A DNA stretch of 61,335 nt from Perkinsus olseni (lineage: Eukaryota), in assembly GCA_013115125.1 (NCBI GenBank), contig JABANN010000150.1, positions 1 to 61,335 of the forward strand, read 5' to 3'. Position numbers and translations under genes: made by a program. Below, in pieces: positions 11,673-22,386 of this stretch (its first letter is position 1; each line of letters starts with the position of its first letter). Under the pieces are notes generated by a model. It ran no database searches. It had not been told where the DNA came from and worked only from the letters and a program-made list of their open reading frames with translations.

Positions 11673-12935
11673 ATGTCCTCGACTGAAGGAACTATCAAAG
11701 TGAAGCAGGGCCTAGCCCAGATGTTGAAGGGTGGTGTCATTATGGACGTTATGACTGTAGAGCAAGCTAAGATTGCCGAGGCCGCTGGTACCAGCCCTGC
11801 GATACTTACGTGTGATGCCTGTGCATTTTTCCTCCTTAGGTGCCGTTGCCGTTATGGCACTTGAGCGTATCCCTGCTGATATCCGTGCTGATGGTGGTGT
11901 TGCTAGGATGTCCGACCCCAAGATGATCAAGGAGATCATGAACGCTGTGTCGATCCCTGTTATGGCTAAGTGCCGTATCGGCCACTTTGTCGAGGCACAG
12001 GTGAGTCCGGTTAATACTTACGAATGGGTGGATAACTGATAAGAACAAATAGGTTCTCGAGGCTGTTGGTGTCGACTATATTGATGAATCCGAAGTCCTC
12101 ACTGTTGCCGATGAGGATAATCATATCAACAAGATGAAGTATTACTCGTGCTTCCGGGGTATTTTTCATAACCGTTTGCCAGGTTCAAGGTCCCCTTCGT
12201 GTGTGGATGCCGTAATCTTGGTGAGGCTCTCCGCCGTATCGCTGAGGGTGCCAGCATGATCCGAACCAAGGGCGAGGCCGGCACTGGTATGCTTATGTCC
12301 TTAAGTGGCTTTAAGAATTATCGATATTTTTTGTCATGGTCAGGCAACGTTGTCGAGGCTGTCCGCCACATGCGCACTGTAAATAGGGAGATCCGCATCC
12401 TCCAAGCCTTGGAGGACGACGAGGTCTTCACCTTCGCCAAGCAGATTGGAGCACCACTATCCCTCGTCGAGGAAACTCGGCAGCTTGGCCGCTTGCCCGT
12501 CGTCAACTTCGCTGCCGGTGGTGTTGCCACTCCCGCTGATGCAGCTCTCTGCATGCAGATCGGCGTCGATGGTGTATTTGTTGGCTCTGGTATCTTCAAA
12601 TCGGACAATCCGGAGAAGCGTGCCCATGCCATCGTCCAGGCCGTTACTCACTTCAAGGACCCTAAGGTGAACAGCATTACTTAGCGGAAGGGATTGATCA
12701 TCACACATTCGAGCAGGTCATTGCGGAAGTGTCCGAGGACCTCGGCAAGCCGATGACTGGTATCAACTGTGATGAACTGAAGGTCCGCTTCGCCGATCGT
12801 GAGGGTGGTAACATGCCGAGTACCGAGGACAAGAAGGCAAAGGAAGTCATTAAGGGTAACAGCTGGTGGACTTGTTGATCGCAGATCTTCGGAAACTCAA
12901 TTCACCCAGGTACCTCTCTCGCCGAGGTGGAGTAA
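11673..12935 (+). CDS. PDX1: Pyridoxal 5'-phosphate synthase subunit PDX1 (SNZ/PdxS), 6-7 exons; exact C-terminus uncertain
   Basis: [94 protein letters not shown]; canonical GT-AG introns. Confidence 0.97.
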
Positions 12936-13536
12936 ATAGTATCAAGATTTATTCAAGGCGTTTCACTGTTTGTTGTAAATCTCTATCGACGTATGAAGGT
13001 CGCAAACACCAACCTACGATCAAGACGGAAATACTGTTTCTTGGGTATTGTTATAACCAGTAGAGTTAGTGTCCAGGCAAAGGGCATAGGGACTTCTGGG
13101 ATTGTATCAATCATGCCCGAATGTGCTGGTGTCACCAGCCTGGTGACAACAGGCGGATAGCCCTGCATGTTTCTATCGGTATACGCATAGAACTCGCTCG
13201 ATTCATTGTAGTTCTCAACGGATCATCTGCAACTCATGTTTTAGCAGCCGGTAGTCGCCGACCTCGGGAACTCCGGTTCGCAGACGTGGAGTCCACCTGC
13301 TGGACTCATCGAGTTGCCTATATAGCAAGGACCTCAAGATCAGGTGGGAGTGGTGACGGTCCGGAGGCTGCCTCGAGAGAGCTATCTACGTATTGTTGTT
13401 CGCCTATCGCATTGTTGCTGCAAATCTACATATTGGTGTGACCTATTCTAGTGACTCCAATGGAAGCATAGCAAGGGATGCTCACGAGCACGACAGAATC
13501 TGAATTGGCTATGAACACAGCCCGAGTTATTCGATT

Positions 13537-14100
13537 ATGCTGAACCGCTCTGAATGGAGTGATGAGGTCGGACTAAAAGCAATTCAATCAACAGTTAAGG
13601 CCCCCACGATGAAACGATCCAGGAAATGCTCCGCGGGCTCCAGAAGGTTCGCATTGAAAGTATACAGTAAACACACTAAATTGTCCGTGTTCTCCCTGTC
13701 CCACACAACACTAGATCTTGAACTAGAAGCTAGAGTCACCATACGCTCGAGAGCGCCCGCGTCGTAGTCGACCCGCCGCAATAGGGTATGAAGGAGAGGA
13801 ATTCTCATGACCGATACTCATTGGTGTGGTGGCTCGAGAAGACCAGCTCGGCGTAGCGATGAATCGCCTCAATGAGATGGCGTTAAGAGACATCGGACCA
13901 TACGGAGTGGCTATGGAAGCAATTGAATATTCACCTTCATCTGTTCCCTTCATCCCCAAACGTACCACATCTAGGCGCTGCGTTGCCTCGATCATTCTTC
14001 ATAGAATGAGAGTAATATCTCGCGAAGAAGACTGATAACATCCTCATTTGCAGCCCGATGCTGCTAGCACCATTGAGCTGGGGCTCAGGGTTAACCCCAG
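13537..14100 (+). pseudogene. Probable decayed protein kinase
   Basis: RFALKVY (13645-13665), then LHRMRVI and, after a frame change, KTDNILI (14028-14048), in kinase subdomain order but broken by stops and frameshifts; no intact HRD or DFG. Confidence 0.3.
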
Positions 14101-14363
14101 ATTTTGTGACCGTCTAAGAATCTATACTAGGATCTTTGCAGAGCTTCAGAATCGGCTCATTGGAAGTTTTAAACGCCCCCAATACTGTGCCATCGGTACG
14201 TAGTGACTCACGCCACCATCAAGAGTGCTCTACCGAGGCTGATCCTCGCGGGCTCGTTCCCGCCAAGCAGACAACACCATGTGCTTGAAGGCTCCACATG
14301 GCCAATTGGACAGCGATGCTCTAGTCACGAGAGGATCGCTCACCACTATCGTTACGCTATCAT

Positions 14364-14365
<2 letters not shown>

Positions 14366-14395
<30 letters not shown>
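14366..14395 (+). repeat. (CAG)10 microsatellite
   Basis: Directly visible perfect repeat. Confidence 0.95.
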
Positions 14396-14396
<1 letters not shown>

Positions 14397-14654
14397 GCCT
14401 TTCAGCTTTCGAGGTATTCGAGGAAGCCCAATTCGAAGCTCAAGGCTCGGATTCGAATAAACCCGTTGAGCTATAAAACAAGAACCAACTCAACTCTCGA
14501 GGCAGAGTTATCACACTAAGCGTGAGTATGATTTGCTGTTCCTCGTTGGATGATGATGGTGAAAATATTCATGACTGGTAGAGCACGGCTACCTTTAATG
14601 GCGACTGCTAAAGCTGAGTCAATCTGGCACCAAGGTGATGAATCTGCTCAGCAC

Positions 14655-15998
14655 TTAGTGCTGATCGAGTGTGATATTGAGCAGGAGAGCGATGACACTA
14701 CCCCATAGAGTACCGTGGAGTAAGGCAAAAGGCATGAAGTAGCCGGCAACCTCTTGCTCAGCTTCGTCGGAGGTGACCCTCTGAGGACCGGCCACCATCG
14801 ACCAAGTTATTGCCATACCGCCGCTCAAAGCCATTAATGCCATTTCTGAGTGCTTAAACCAATCCCAGAAAAATGGTGAAGTGTCAGGATAGAGAGCAGT
14901 GCAGATAAATAAGGGTATGAAGCAAACCCGACAACAGATGAATAAAAAAAGTCCCCAACCCTTCAAGGCAGGCAGAAAGCTCGGGGCTGCTCGTCCGATA
15001 GTCTCGACGACTTGATAGTTGAAAGTTATCTGGGCCACAAAGTTCGTATTCGAGGGGCTTTGAGGCCTCCACAGAACGCTTTGTGCGGGGAAAACTGCGA
15101 ATGTTACAGTCATCGCCAACCACACACAGACACCCATCGGGGCAACATCCTTTAGTATCGCTAGAATAGGCCTCCTCGTCTGTCTCACGGACAGACTAGA
15201 AACTCTCCTATTCTGCTTTATAGCCAGCACTTGAACAATGTAGGGATGTCTAGCTGTACCCAATGCATAAGTTGGTATCATCGCCAATGTGAGGACTGAT
15301 CCAATAGTGAAGAGAATGAGACATCTCCATTCCGGTATGGGTGATACTCCTGATGACTCGAGAATAGAGTTGAGAAGTTCATACAAGGGCCAAGGAAGAA
15401 TCCCGGCGATACCCTCGCCCACCATGATGCTCAAAATGCAACATGGAGGGCACAGAGCCGCGACACCAAGCGCAGTCGTCACGAACACCGCAAAACCCAG
15501 TCCTATAACGAACATACAGATAAGAGCGAAGGAGAACGCTGTGATGGAGTTGTCCACAGTTATTGCTACAACAGCGGTAAGCAGAGTACCAGCGGCAAGC
15601 AATAGGCATCCGAGGGTGATCCTTGGCTTGAATGAGAATCGATTCCCATACCAAATGAGCAGTATTTGGACGATGTTTACTGTGAGTGAATAGGGGAAGG
15701 AGAGAGCTGCAGCGTAGTGGTGTTGGAAGGTCTCATTGAGGAACTTCAGTTCAGTGAATATGAGATTGTGTGGAAGCAGGCCAACAAATCCGAAGGCGCC
15801 CATTTGTATTAGCAGCAGCCAGTTCACCTTGATAGGGGCAGGTTCAATCAACGAGGTATCCCTTACTGGATCGGCTTGAGACTTGCTGCACCGTGGAGGA
15901 GAATCAATCCTCTCGGTCGATGCTCCCAATCCACCATCTTTGATCGCCAACTTGATAATATCTGTGTTATCATCTGACGATCCAACCGTAGTTTCCAT
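14655..15998 (-). CDS. Equilibrative nucleoside transporter (SLC29) paralogue 1, divergent; frame is open upstream to 16154
   Basis: About 11 hydrophobic segments; GFVGLLPHNLIF, VTFAVFP, CRVCFIPLF, GPQRV..DEAEQEVAGY; first ATG at 15998. Confidence 0.9.
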   Translation of the reverse strand: METTVGSSDDNTDIIKLAIKDGGLGASTERIDSPPRCSKSQADPVRDTSLIEPAPIKVNWLLLIQMGAFGFVGLLPHNLIFTELKFLNETFQHHYAAALSFPYSLTVNIVQILLIWYGNRFSFKPRITLGCLLLAAGTLLTAVVAITVDNSITAFSFALICMFVIGLGFAVFVTTALGVAALCPPCCILSIMVGEGIAGILPWPLYELLNSILESSGVSPIPEWRCLILFTIGSVLTLAMIPTYALGTARHPYIVQVLAIKQNRRVSSLSVRQTRRPILAILKDVAPMGVCVWLAMTVTFAVFPAQSVLWRPQSPSNTNFVAQITFNYQVVETIGRAAPSFLPALKGWGLFLFICCRVCFIPLFICTALYPDTSPFFWDWFKHSEMALMALSGGMAITWSMVAGPQRVTSDEAEQEVAGYFMPFALLHGTLWGSVIALLLNITLDQH

Positions 15999-16752
15999 AT
16001 TCGGTAAAGGGCCAGTATTCCGACCTGGTGACGCCCCTGCGCCTGCGTGCCCCGGGTTGTGCTGCGAGTTCACGATGGCTTGTCCCTTTACACTAATCGT
16101 AATACGCTTCGAGCCTCGCTCATTCGAGATCACAGAGTCCGTTGCCCAGGACAAACTTAAGGTGTTTGTTTCCGAGCGTTTTCGGTCAAGATAGGGATCG
16201 GGTCATCACTCGAACGCTGCCACTATCGCGTGTTCATTTGCTACGGTGACAGCTCGCCAATCTGTTTTCGCACAATAAACGTGTTTCTACCGATATCACG
16301 TGCGCGTCCATGCTGCTCGATACGTCGGCCAAGTTAGACATTGGCAGCCTGTCGGTACCTCTTCAGTCATCCTCATCAATTACCGTTATTGACGGGTACA
16401 GTTATTGAATGACGGCAGTAAGATGAGTAGGAGCGATTTATGGGAGGTGCAGGACCTTGTTCTATGCCTGGCGTCACCGAATGTGATCCAGCTCACACTA
16501 TATTCAACTACTGAAGAAGTTGATCTCAATCCCAATGTCTCTCCGTAACATATCATCAGTTCAGTGATGGATTACTCAAGCATAGCAGCGGACAACACCG
16601 TAACTATGGCGTGGTGAGCGCCAGCCCACACGACAACGCCGTACCATCATCGTGAATTGTTCCTCATCAAGCGCGATTTGATATACTACGGTCCTTCGCT
16701 CTAGTTCTCGTCAACGCTGTATGTGAACCATTGGTGTTGGTGGTCACTAACA

Positions 16753-16810
16753 GTACGAGAGATACTCACTAGTTGTTCGGTGTACGAGAGGTACTCACTA
16801 GTTGTTCGGT
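16753..16810. repeat. 2 x 29-bp tandem repeat
   Basis: GTACGAGAGRTACTCACTAGTTGTTCGGT twice, one mismatch. Confidence 0.9.
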
Positions 16811-17032
16811 CTCGAGACTGTAGTAAGATACTATAGTCTAGAAACCTAACACTCAGGCCTCAACGCCGAACCTGCAGATGGACTTAGTCGCTATTTTCAA
16901 ACGCTGGCTCGACTGCAGAAACGAGATTCCTTCTTCATTCACAATGAGGTCAGAACGTCACAACCAGCCCTGTGAATGGTGAAACAGAATTGTTCTCTTC
17001 GATGGGTGGTATGAGTGTAGCTTAGACTGTCC

Positions 17033-17074
17033 ACAAAGCCAGTCAACAAAGCCAGTCAACAAAGCCAGTCAACA
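17033..17074. repeat. 3 x 13-bp tandem repeat
   Basis: (ACAAAGCCAGTCA)3 followed by ACA. Confidence 0.9.
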
Positions 17075-17492
17075 TACCAACCTCGCCACATCGGCGACAG
17101 CCGCAAACATATACCCTTTCTCACCGGAATCGCCGGGAACTCTGCTCTCTATGAATCGATAAGGGCATTGCAGCAGGTTCGGCCGCGCTACTGAGGAGTA
17201 TCCGCTGAATACAACTCAGTGTTTGCATAGTGTGCGATTCGCACCGTAATTCGTTAGTTGGTCCAGAAGAGCTACACCAGAATAACGGCGTTCTGAGGCC
17301 AACCGTTCACGGTGAGTTACTAACCCAACAAAAAAGAAGTCGTACGGAAAGTGATCTCATTTTATTGGACTAGCCTAATCCGACTAGGTGAAAGGTTGTC
17401 AAGTGGTGCAGAACTGACTGTGGTGACCGTTGTATGGCGCACGTCACTATATCTTCAAATAGACTTGAATAGACTGATCTCCACGCCATGAA

Positions 17493-18842
17493 CTACTGCC
17501 CAAGCGCTATGTTGAGCAAGAGAGCAATGACACTACCCCAAAGAATTCCATGCACTAAAGCGAAAGGCATGAAGTAGCCGGCAACCTCTTGCTCTGCCTC
17601 ATCGGAGGCGACCCTCTGAGGACCGGCCACCATCGACCAAGTTACCGTCATACCGTTCGTCAAGGCCAGTAAGGCCATCTCTAAATGTCTAAACCAATCC
17701 CAGAAGAATGGTACAGTGTTCAGATAGAGAGCAGTGCAGATAAACAATGGGATGAAGCAAACCCTGCAACAGACGAGTGCAAAAAGTCCCCAACCCTTCA
17801 AGGCAGGCAGGAAACTCGGTGCTGCCCTTCCAACAGTATCAAGCACTTGGAACGTGAAAGTTACCTGCGCAACGAAGTTTGCATTTGAGGGGCTCTGCGG
17901 CCTCCAAAGAACGCTCTGCGCTGGGAAAACCACGAACGTAACAGCCATCGTCAGCCACACACAGACACCCATCGGGGCAACATCCTTTAGTATAGCTAGA
18001 ACAGGCCTCCTCGTCTGTCTCACGGACAGACTCGAAACTCTCCTATTCTGCTCGATAGTCAGCACTTGAACAATGTAGGGATGTCTAGCTGTACCCAACG
18101 CATAAATTGGTATCATCGCCAGTGCGAGGACTGATCCAATAGTGAAAAGGATGAGACATCTCCATTCCGGTATCGGTGATACTCCTGATGACTCGAGAAT
18201 AGACTTAAGAAGTTCATACAAGGGCCAAGGAAGCAATCCAGCAATACCTTCACCCACCATGATGCTTAAAGTACAAGAAGGGGGACACATAGCGGCGATA
18301 CCGAGCGCAGTTTGCTCCAACTCCGCGTAGCCCACTCCCATAGCAGACACACAGATGAGGGCCAAGAGACACGCTATTATTGAGTTATCCACGACCATCG
18401 CTATAACAGCCGTGAGCAGAGTCCCAGCGGCCATCAAAAGGCACCCAAGGATGATTCTTGGCTTAAATGAAAATCGGTTCCCATACCAAATAAGCAGTAT
18501 TTGCACGATGTTCACCGCGATTGAGTACAGGAAAGACAGAGCTGCAGCATAATAATGTTGGAAGCTGCCGTTGAGGAAGTCCAGCTCAGTGAGTATTAGG
18601 TTGTATGGGAGGAGCGCAATAATTCCGAAACCACTCATCTGTATCAGCAGAAGCCAATCCACCTTCGCATCGGTCAGGGCACTCAACCTATCGTCGCTCG
18701 GTGGCTTCGGTTCGGACCTCGAGCTAGGTGATGTGGAAGAGGCCCTTCCCGATAGCGCCGCCATATCATTGTCTCCGCTCGAGTATCTCCTGACATCTGC
18801 GTCGTTGCCAGACGACTCGTCTGTATGTCCAGGCCGTAACAT
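17493..18842 (-). CDS. Equilibrative nucleoside transporter paralogue 2
   Basis: GIIALLPYNLIL, VTFVVFP, FQVLDTVGR, LALTNG; closely similar to paralogue 1; first ATG at 18842. Confidence 0.92.
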   Translation of the reverse strand: MLRPGHTDESSGNDADVRRYSSGDNDMAALSGRASSTSPSSRSEPKPPSDDRLSALTDAKVDWLLLIQMSGFGIIALLPYNLILTELDFLNGSFQHYYAAALSFLYSIAVNIVQILLIWYGNRFSFKPRIILGCLLMAAGTLLTAVIAMVVDNSIIACLLALICVSAMGVGYAELEQTALGIAAMCPPSCTLSIMVGEGIAGLLPWPLYELLKSILESSGVSPIPEWRCLILFTIGSVLALAMIPIYALGTARHPYIVQVLTIEQNRRVSSLSVRQTRRPVLAILKDVAPMGVCVWLTMAVTFVVFPAQSVLWRPQSPSNANFVAQVTFTFQVLDTVGRAAPSFLPALKGWGLFALVCCRVCFIPLFICTALYLNTVPFFWDWFRHLEMALLALTNGMTVTWSMVAGPQRVASDEAEQEVAGYFMPFALVHGILWGSVIALLLNIALGQ

Positions 18843-18881
18843 AAGAGATGTCACAGCACTCCTTGCTGGTTAGGGCTCGCT

Positions 18882-18911
18882 GGGCATGCGTGCAATACTG
18901 CACGCGTGCCC
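18882..18911. promoter_or_regulatory. Near-perfect palindrome in the divergent ENT2/ENT3 intergenic region
   Basis: GGGCATGCGTGCA-ATAC-TGCACGCGTGCCC, 12 of 13 Watson-Crick pairs; any function is inferred only. Confidence 0.35.
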
Positions 18912-19155
18912 TCGGGTTATGTTGCGCTATGCTTAGCGCCTTCGCAAGTTGCTCCGGACTACTATTTCGCAGAGGTAGCATCTCGTGGCTGTTCGAAGAG
19001 TAAGCGTAGGACTTGTACATGGGAATCAAGTTGGAAGAGCCGATCGTGCAATGTTCTGTTTGCGGCAGCTCGTGTACATATTCACCACCAACGGCAGGGG
19101 GGAGAAGAGCATCTTGTTATGTGTTTGGTAGTATTCTCTCTTATTTTCTCTTACT

Positions 19156-20394
19156 ATGGTTTCTGTAAAAAATCTCCCTGCCGACGATGTGAAGCCTGCG
19201 GCCAAGGTGACGGTATCACTGTTGGCGCAGATGGCTATTCTTGGGTTTGTAGCTCTGGCCCCTTGGAACTTCGTTCTCTCTGAACTACCCTACCTGGACG
19301 AGAAGTTCGAGAATCACTTCGGTGCGACGGTGCCCATCTGCTACGGAGCCGCTGTGAATATTGCCCAGCTACTGCTCATCTGGGTGGGCAATAAGTTCAC
19401 GTTCGCTCCCCGGTTCGACTGGGGTTGCATCATTCTGTCGATCTTCAATATCCTCCTGGCCATTGTAGCAATGACCATCGGTGATGACAATGCGGTTGAG
19501 AACCCGAATTTGGGTTTCGGACTAGGTTTGGTCTGCGTCTTCTTGCTCGGATTTGGCCATGCCGTTATGGAGTCCTCGGCATTCGGACTTGCTGCCCTGT
19601 GTCCCAAGTCATGTATGATCTGGGTCATGGTCGGCGAGGGCGTCGCTGGTCTAGTTGGTTGGCCCCTCAGCATGCTACTGAACTGGGCCCTCACGGCTGG
19701 TGGTGTTGACCGAGTGTCTGAATGGAGATGTCTTATATTCTTCTGCATCACATCTCTTGTAACCGTCATCATCGTTCCGATGTTCCGCATGATCACCTCC
19801 AAGCATCCCTATATGGCTGAAGTCCTCAAGATCGAGCAGAATCGCGCCAAGTCTAGTGTGATGACTCGCCAAACACGTCGCCCGGTTCTAGCCATCGTCA
19901 AGGACGTCGCCCCTATGGCTTTCGGTGCCTGGTGTACTCTTGCTGTCACCTTCACTGTCTTCCCTGCACAAGTTGTGCTGTGGCAGTCCTCTGACCCCAG
20001 CAACACTGGTTTCGTATCGCAGGTAATCTATACTTTCCAGGTTGTCGACACAATCGGAAGATTCATACCAAATCTTGGTATCAACCTGCGTCCCAGCTTC
20101 CTCATGGCCTTCACTGTCGCGCGTTCCTTGTTCATCCCTCTATTCATCTGCACCAGTCTCTATCCCACTGTAGTTCCTTTCCACTACGACTGGTTCAAGC
20201 ATATGCAGATGGGAGTCTTCGCCTTGACGAACGGCGCCTCGGCAACTCTGTCGATGGTCGGCGGGCCTCAGCGTGTCCCCAACGACAAGGCAGAGCAAGA
20301 GGTTGCTGGATACACGATGGGCTTCGCATTGATCAATGGTATCTTCGTCGGTAGCATACTCGGTATCTGTACCAACCTTGGTCTCGGCCAGTGA
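19156..20394 (+). CDS. Equilibrative nucleoside transporter paralogue 3
   Basis: GFVALAPWNF, VTFTVFP, FQVVDTIGR, RSLFIPLF, FALTNG; intronless 412 aa. Confidence 0.93.
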   Translation: MVSVKNLPADDVKPAAKVTVSLLAQMAILGFVALAPWNFVLSELPYLDEKFENHFGATVPICYGAAVNIAQLLLIWVGNKFTFAPRFDWGCIILSIFNILLAIVAMTIGDDNAVENPNLGFGLGLVCVFLLGFGHAVMESSAFGLAALCPKSCMIWVMVGEGVAGLVGWPLSMLLNWALTAGGVDRVSEWRCLIFFCITSLVTVIIVPMFRMITSKHPYMAEVLKIEQNRAKSSVMTRQTRRPVLAIVKDVAPMAFGAWCTLAVTFTVFPAQVVLWQSSDPSNTGFVSQVIYTFQVVDTIGRFIPNLGINLRPSFLMAFTVARSLFIPLFICTSLYPTVVPFHYDWFKHMQMGVFALTNGASATLSMVGGPQRVPNDKAEQEVAGYTMGFALINGIFVGSILGICTNLGLGQ

Positions 20395-21108
20395 TGCTGT
20401 AAATTGAAATTATATAAGCTCACAGCGGTCGAAATGACCACCATGCTCATTGAAAGAGCAATTATCATTACTGTTTCTTAGAGGTTGTACTCTAAATTGT
20501 ACTCAAATGAGATTCATCAAACCTCCGCTTCCTCCAGTTTATGCTATGTCTTGCCGTAATTGCATAGACATTATTAAGTTTCTATGATCCATACCACAGA
20601 ATACCGTCACTGTTAAGGAAAGACTATAAGTTCCATCATATTACTTTGCCGCCTTGTGTTGAGCTGTTGACTAAGAGTGGTCGTTGTGTAGCCCGGGCGG
20701 GACTAGCGTATTCTCCTCAGGGACAGGCTTTGTGTACCGATCCGAATGGCAACTCAGCAAGAAACCACTCTCAATAAGAGCTTTGTGCGCCCCATTCCGA
20801 AATTACAGCATTCCCTTCACTATGTGCGATGGCGTACCTAAATCGGGAGCATCCTCCGATGATTATGAGGGTGGAGAACATTTTTGCCCCGGGCATGCGT
20901 ACTAGGACGCGCTAGAGCACAATAGCCTGGCGCCAACCGAGCTAAGTTCGATCGGGGGGATTACGTAGGGAGTTGCTGACGATGGGATGACATATATATA
21001 CGTAGAATGTATACGGCCTACTGCTCGAGCCTTGCGCTGATAGTGGTACATCATGATAGTGGTGCTATCCTTTAGTGTTTTATTATTACCCAGGTGTCAT
21101 CTACCACC

Positions 21109-22386
21109 ATGCCTATTGAATCGTCGACACCAGCTGAGGCACCCTCATACAAGATGGGTGATATCGAGGGCGAGGAGAAACCCAAGGTCCAGGCTAAGGT
21201 TGATTTCTCTTTGCTCGTCCAGTTCGCGATTCTGGGTTTTGTGGCATTGGCACCATGGAACTTCGTACTTGCAGATATTGACTATCTGGATAGGAAGTTT
21301 GGGCATCATTTTGCTTCGACTACACCTATCTTTTACTCTATCGCGGTCAACTGTGCACAACTACTTCTCGTCTGGGTGGGCAATAAGTTCACATTCGCAC
21401 CTCGTTTCGACTGGGGTTGCATAATTCTGTCCATCTTCAACATCCTCCTGGCTGTTGTTGCTATGCTCATTGGTAATGATAACCCTGTCGACAATGACAG
21501 TCTCGGGTATGGACTCGGTTTGTGCTGTGTTTTCCTACTTGGTTTTGGCCACGCTGTTATGGAGTCCTCTTCCTTTGGTCTGGCTGCCTTGTGCCCTCAG
21601 TCATGCATGATTGCTGTCATGACTGGAGAGGGTATTGCCGGCCTCGTTGGATGGCCTTTGAATATGCTCTTCCAAGTTATACTCGAAGCTGGCAACGTGC
21701 CTCGTAGAGAAGAGTGGCAGTGCTTGATATTCTTCTGTGTCACCTCTGCTATCACCATGTTCATTGTTCCGATGTTCCGTGTGTGGACTTCGAAGCATCC
21801 TTTCATGGCCGAGGTATTGAAGATCGAGTCTAAGAGATCCAAGGAGACGTTGGCAACCCGACAAACGAGGCGACCTGTGTGGGCGATTGTCAAGGATGTA
21901 GCACCTATGGCGTTCTGTGCCTGGTGTAGTCTTGGTGTTACCTTTGTCGTCTTCCCTGCTCAAGTGGTACTGTGGCAATCCCAGAATCCAGACAATGCTG
22001 GATTCGTGCCGCAGGTCATCTACACCTTCCAGGTGGTGGATACTGTTGGTCGCTTCCTGCCGAGCTTCGGTATTTCCATGCCGAATCTGCTCCTCATCTG
22101 CTTCGTCCTTGGAAGGAGTATTTTCATCCCGTTGTTCATCTGCACAAGTCTCTATCCTACGGTCAAGCCTTTCCATTGGGATTGGTTCAAGCACGTAGAT
22201 ATGGCTCTCTTCGCTTTGACTAACGGTGTAGGATGCACCATTGCAATGGTCAAGGGTCCTACTCGGGTGGGTCAAGACAAGGCTGAGCAAGAGGTTGCGG
22301 GTTACACGATGGCCTTCGCTTTGATCTTTGGTATTCTGTGTGGTAGTGTGTTCGGTCTTTGTACTAACCTCGGCTTGGGCCAGTAG
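21109..22386 (+). CDS. Equilibrative nucleoside transporter paralogue 4
   Basis: GFVALAPWNF, VTFVVFP, FQVVDTVGR, FALTNG; first ATG 21109, preceded by an acceptor-like TTATTATTACCCAG. Confidence 0.93.
   Translation: MPIESSTPAEAPSYKMGDIEGEEKPKVQAKVDFSLLVQFAILGFVALAPWNFVLADIDYLDRKFGHHFASTTPIFYSIAVNCAQLLLVWVGNKFTFAPRFDWGCIILSIFNILLAVVAMLIGNDNPVDNDSLGYGLGLCCVFLLGFGHAVMESSSFGLAALCPQSCMIAVMTGEGIAGLVGWPLNMLFQVILEAGNVPRREEWQCLIFFCVTSAITMFIVPMFRVWTSKHPFMAEVLKIESKRSKETLATRQTRRPVWAIVKDVAPMAFCAWCSLGVTFVVFPAQVVLWQSQNPDNAGFVPQVIYTFQVVDTVGRFLPSFGISMPNLLLICFVLGRSIFIPLFICTSLYPTVKPFHWDWFKHVDMALFALTNGVGCTIAMVKGPTRVGQDKAEQEVAGYTMAFALIFGILCGSVFGLCTNLGLGQ

Noticed and set aside
16753..17074. Possible CRISPR-like repeats
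   Set aside because: Units are directly adjacent with no spacers, the context is eukaryotic and there are no cas genes.
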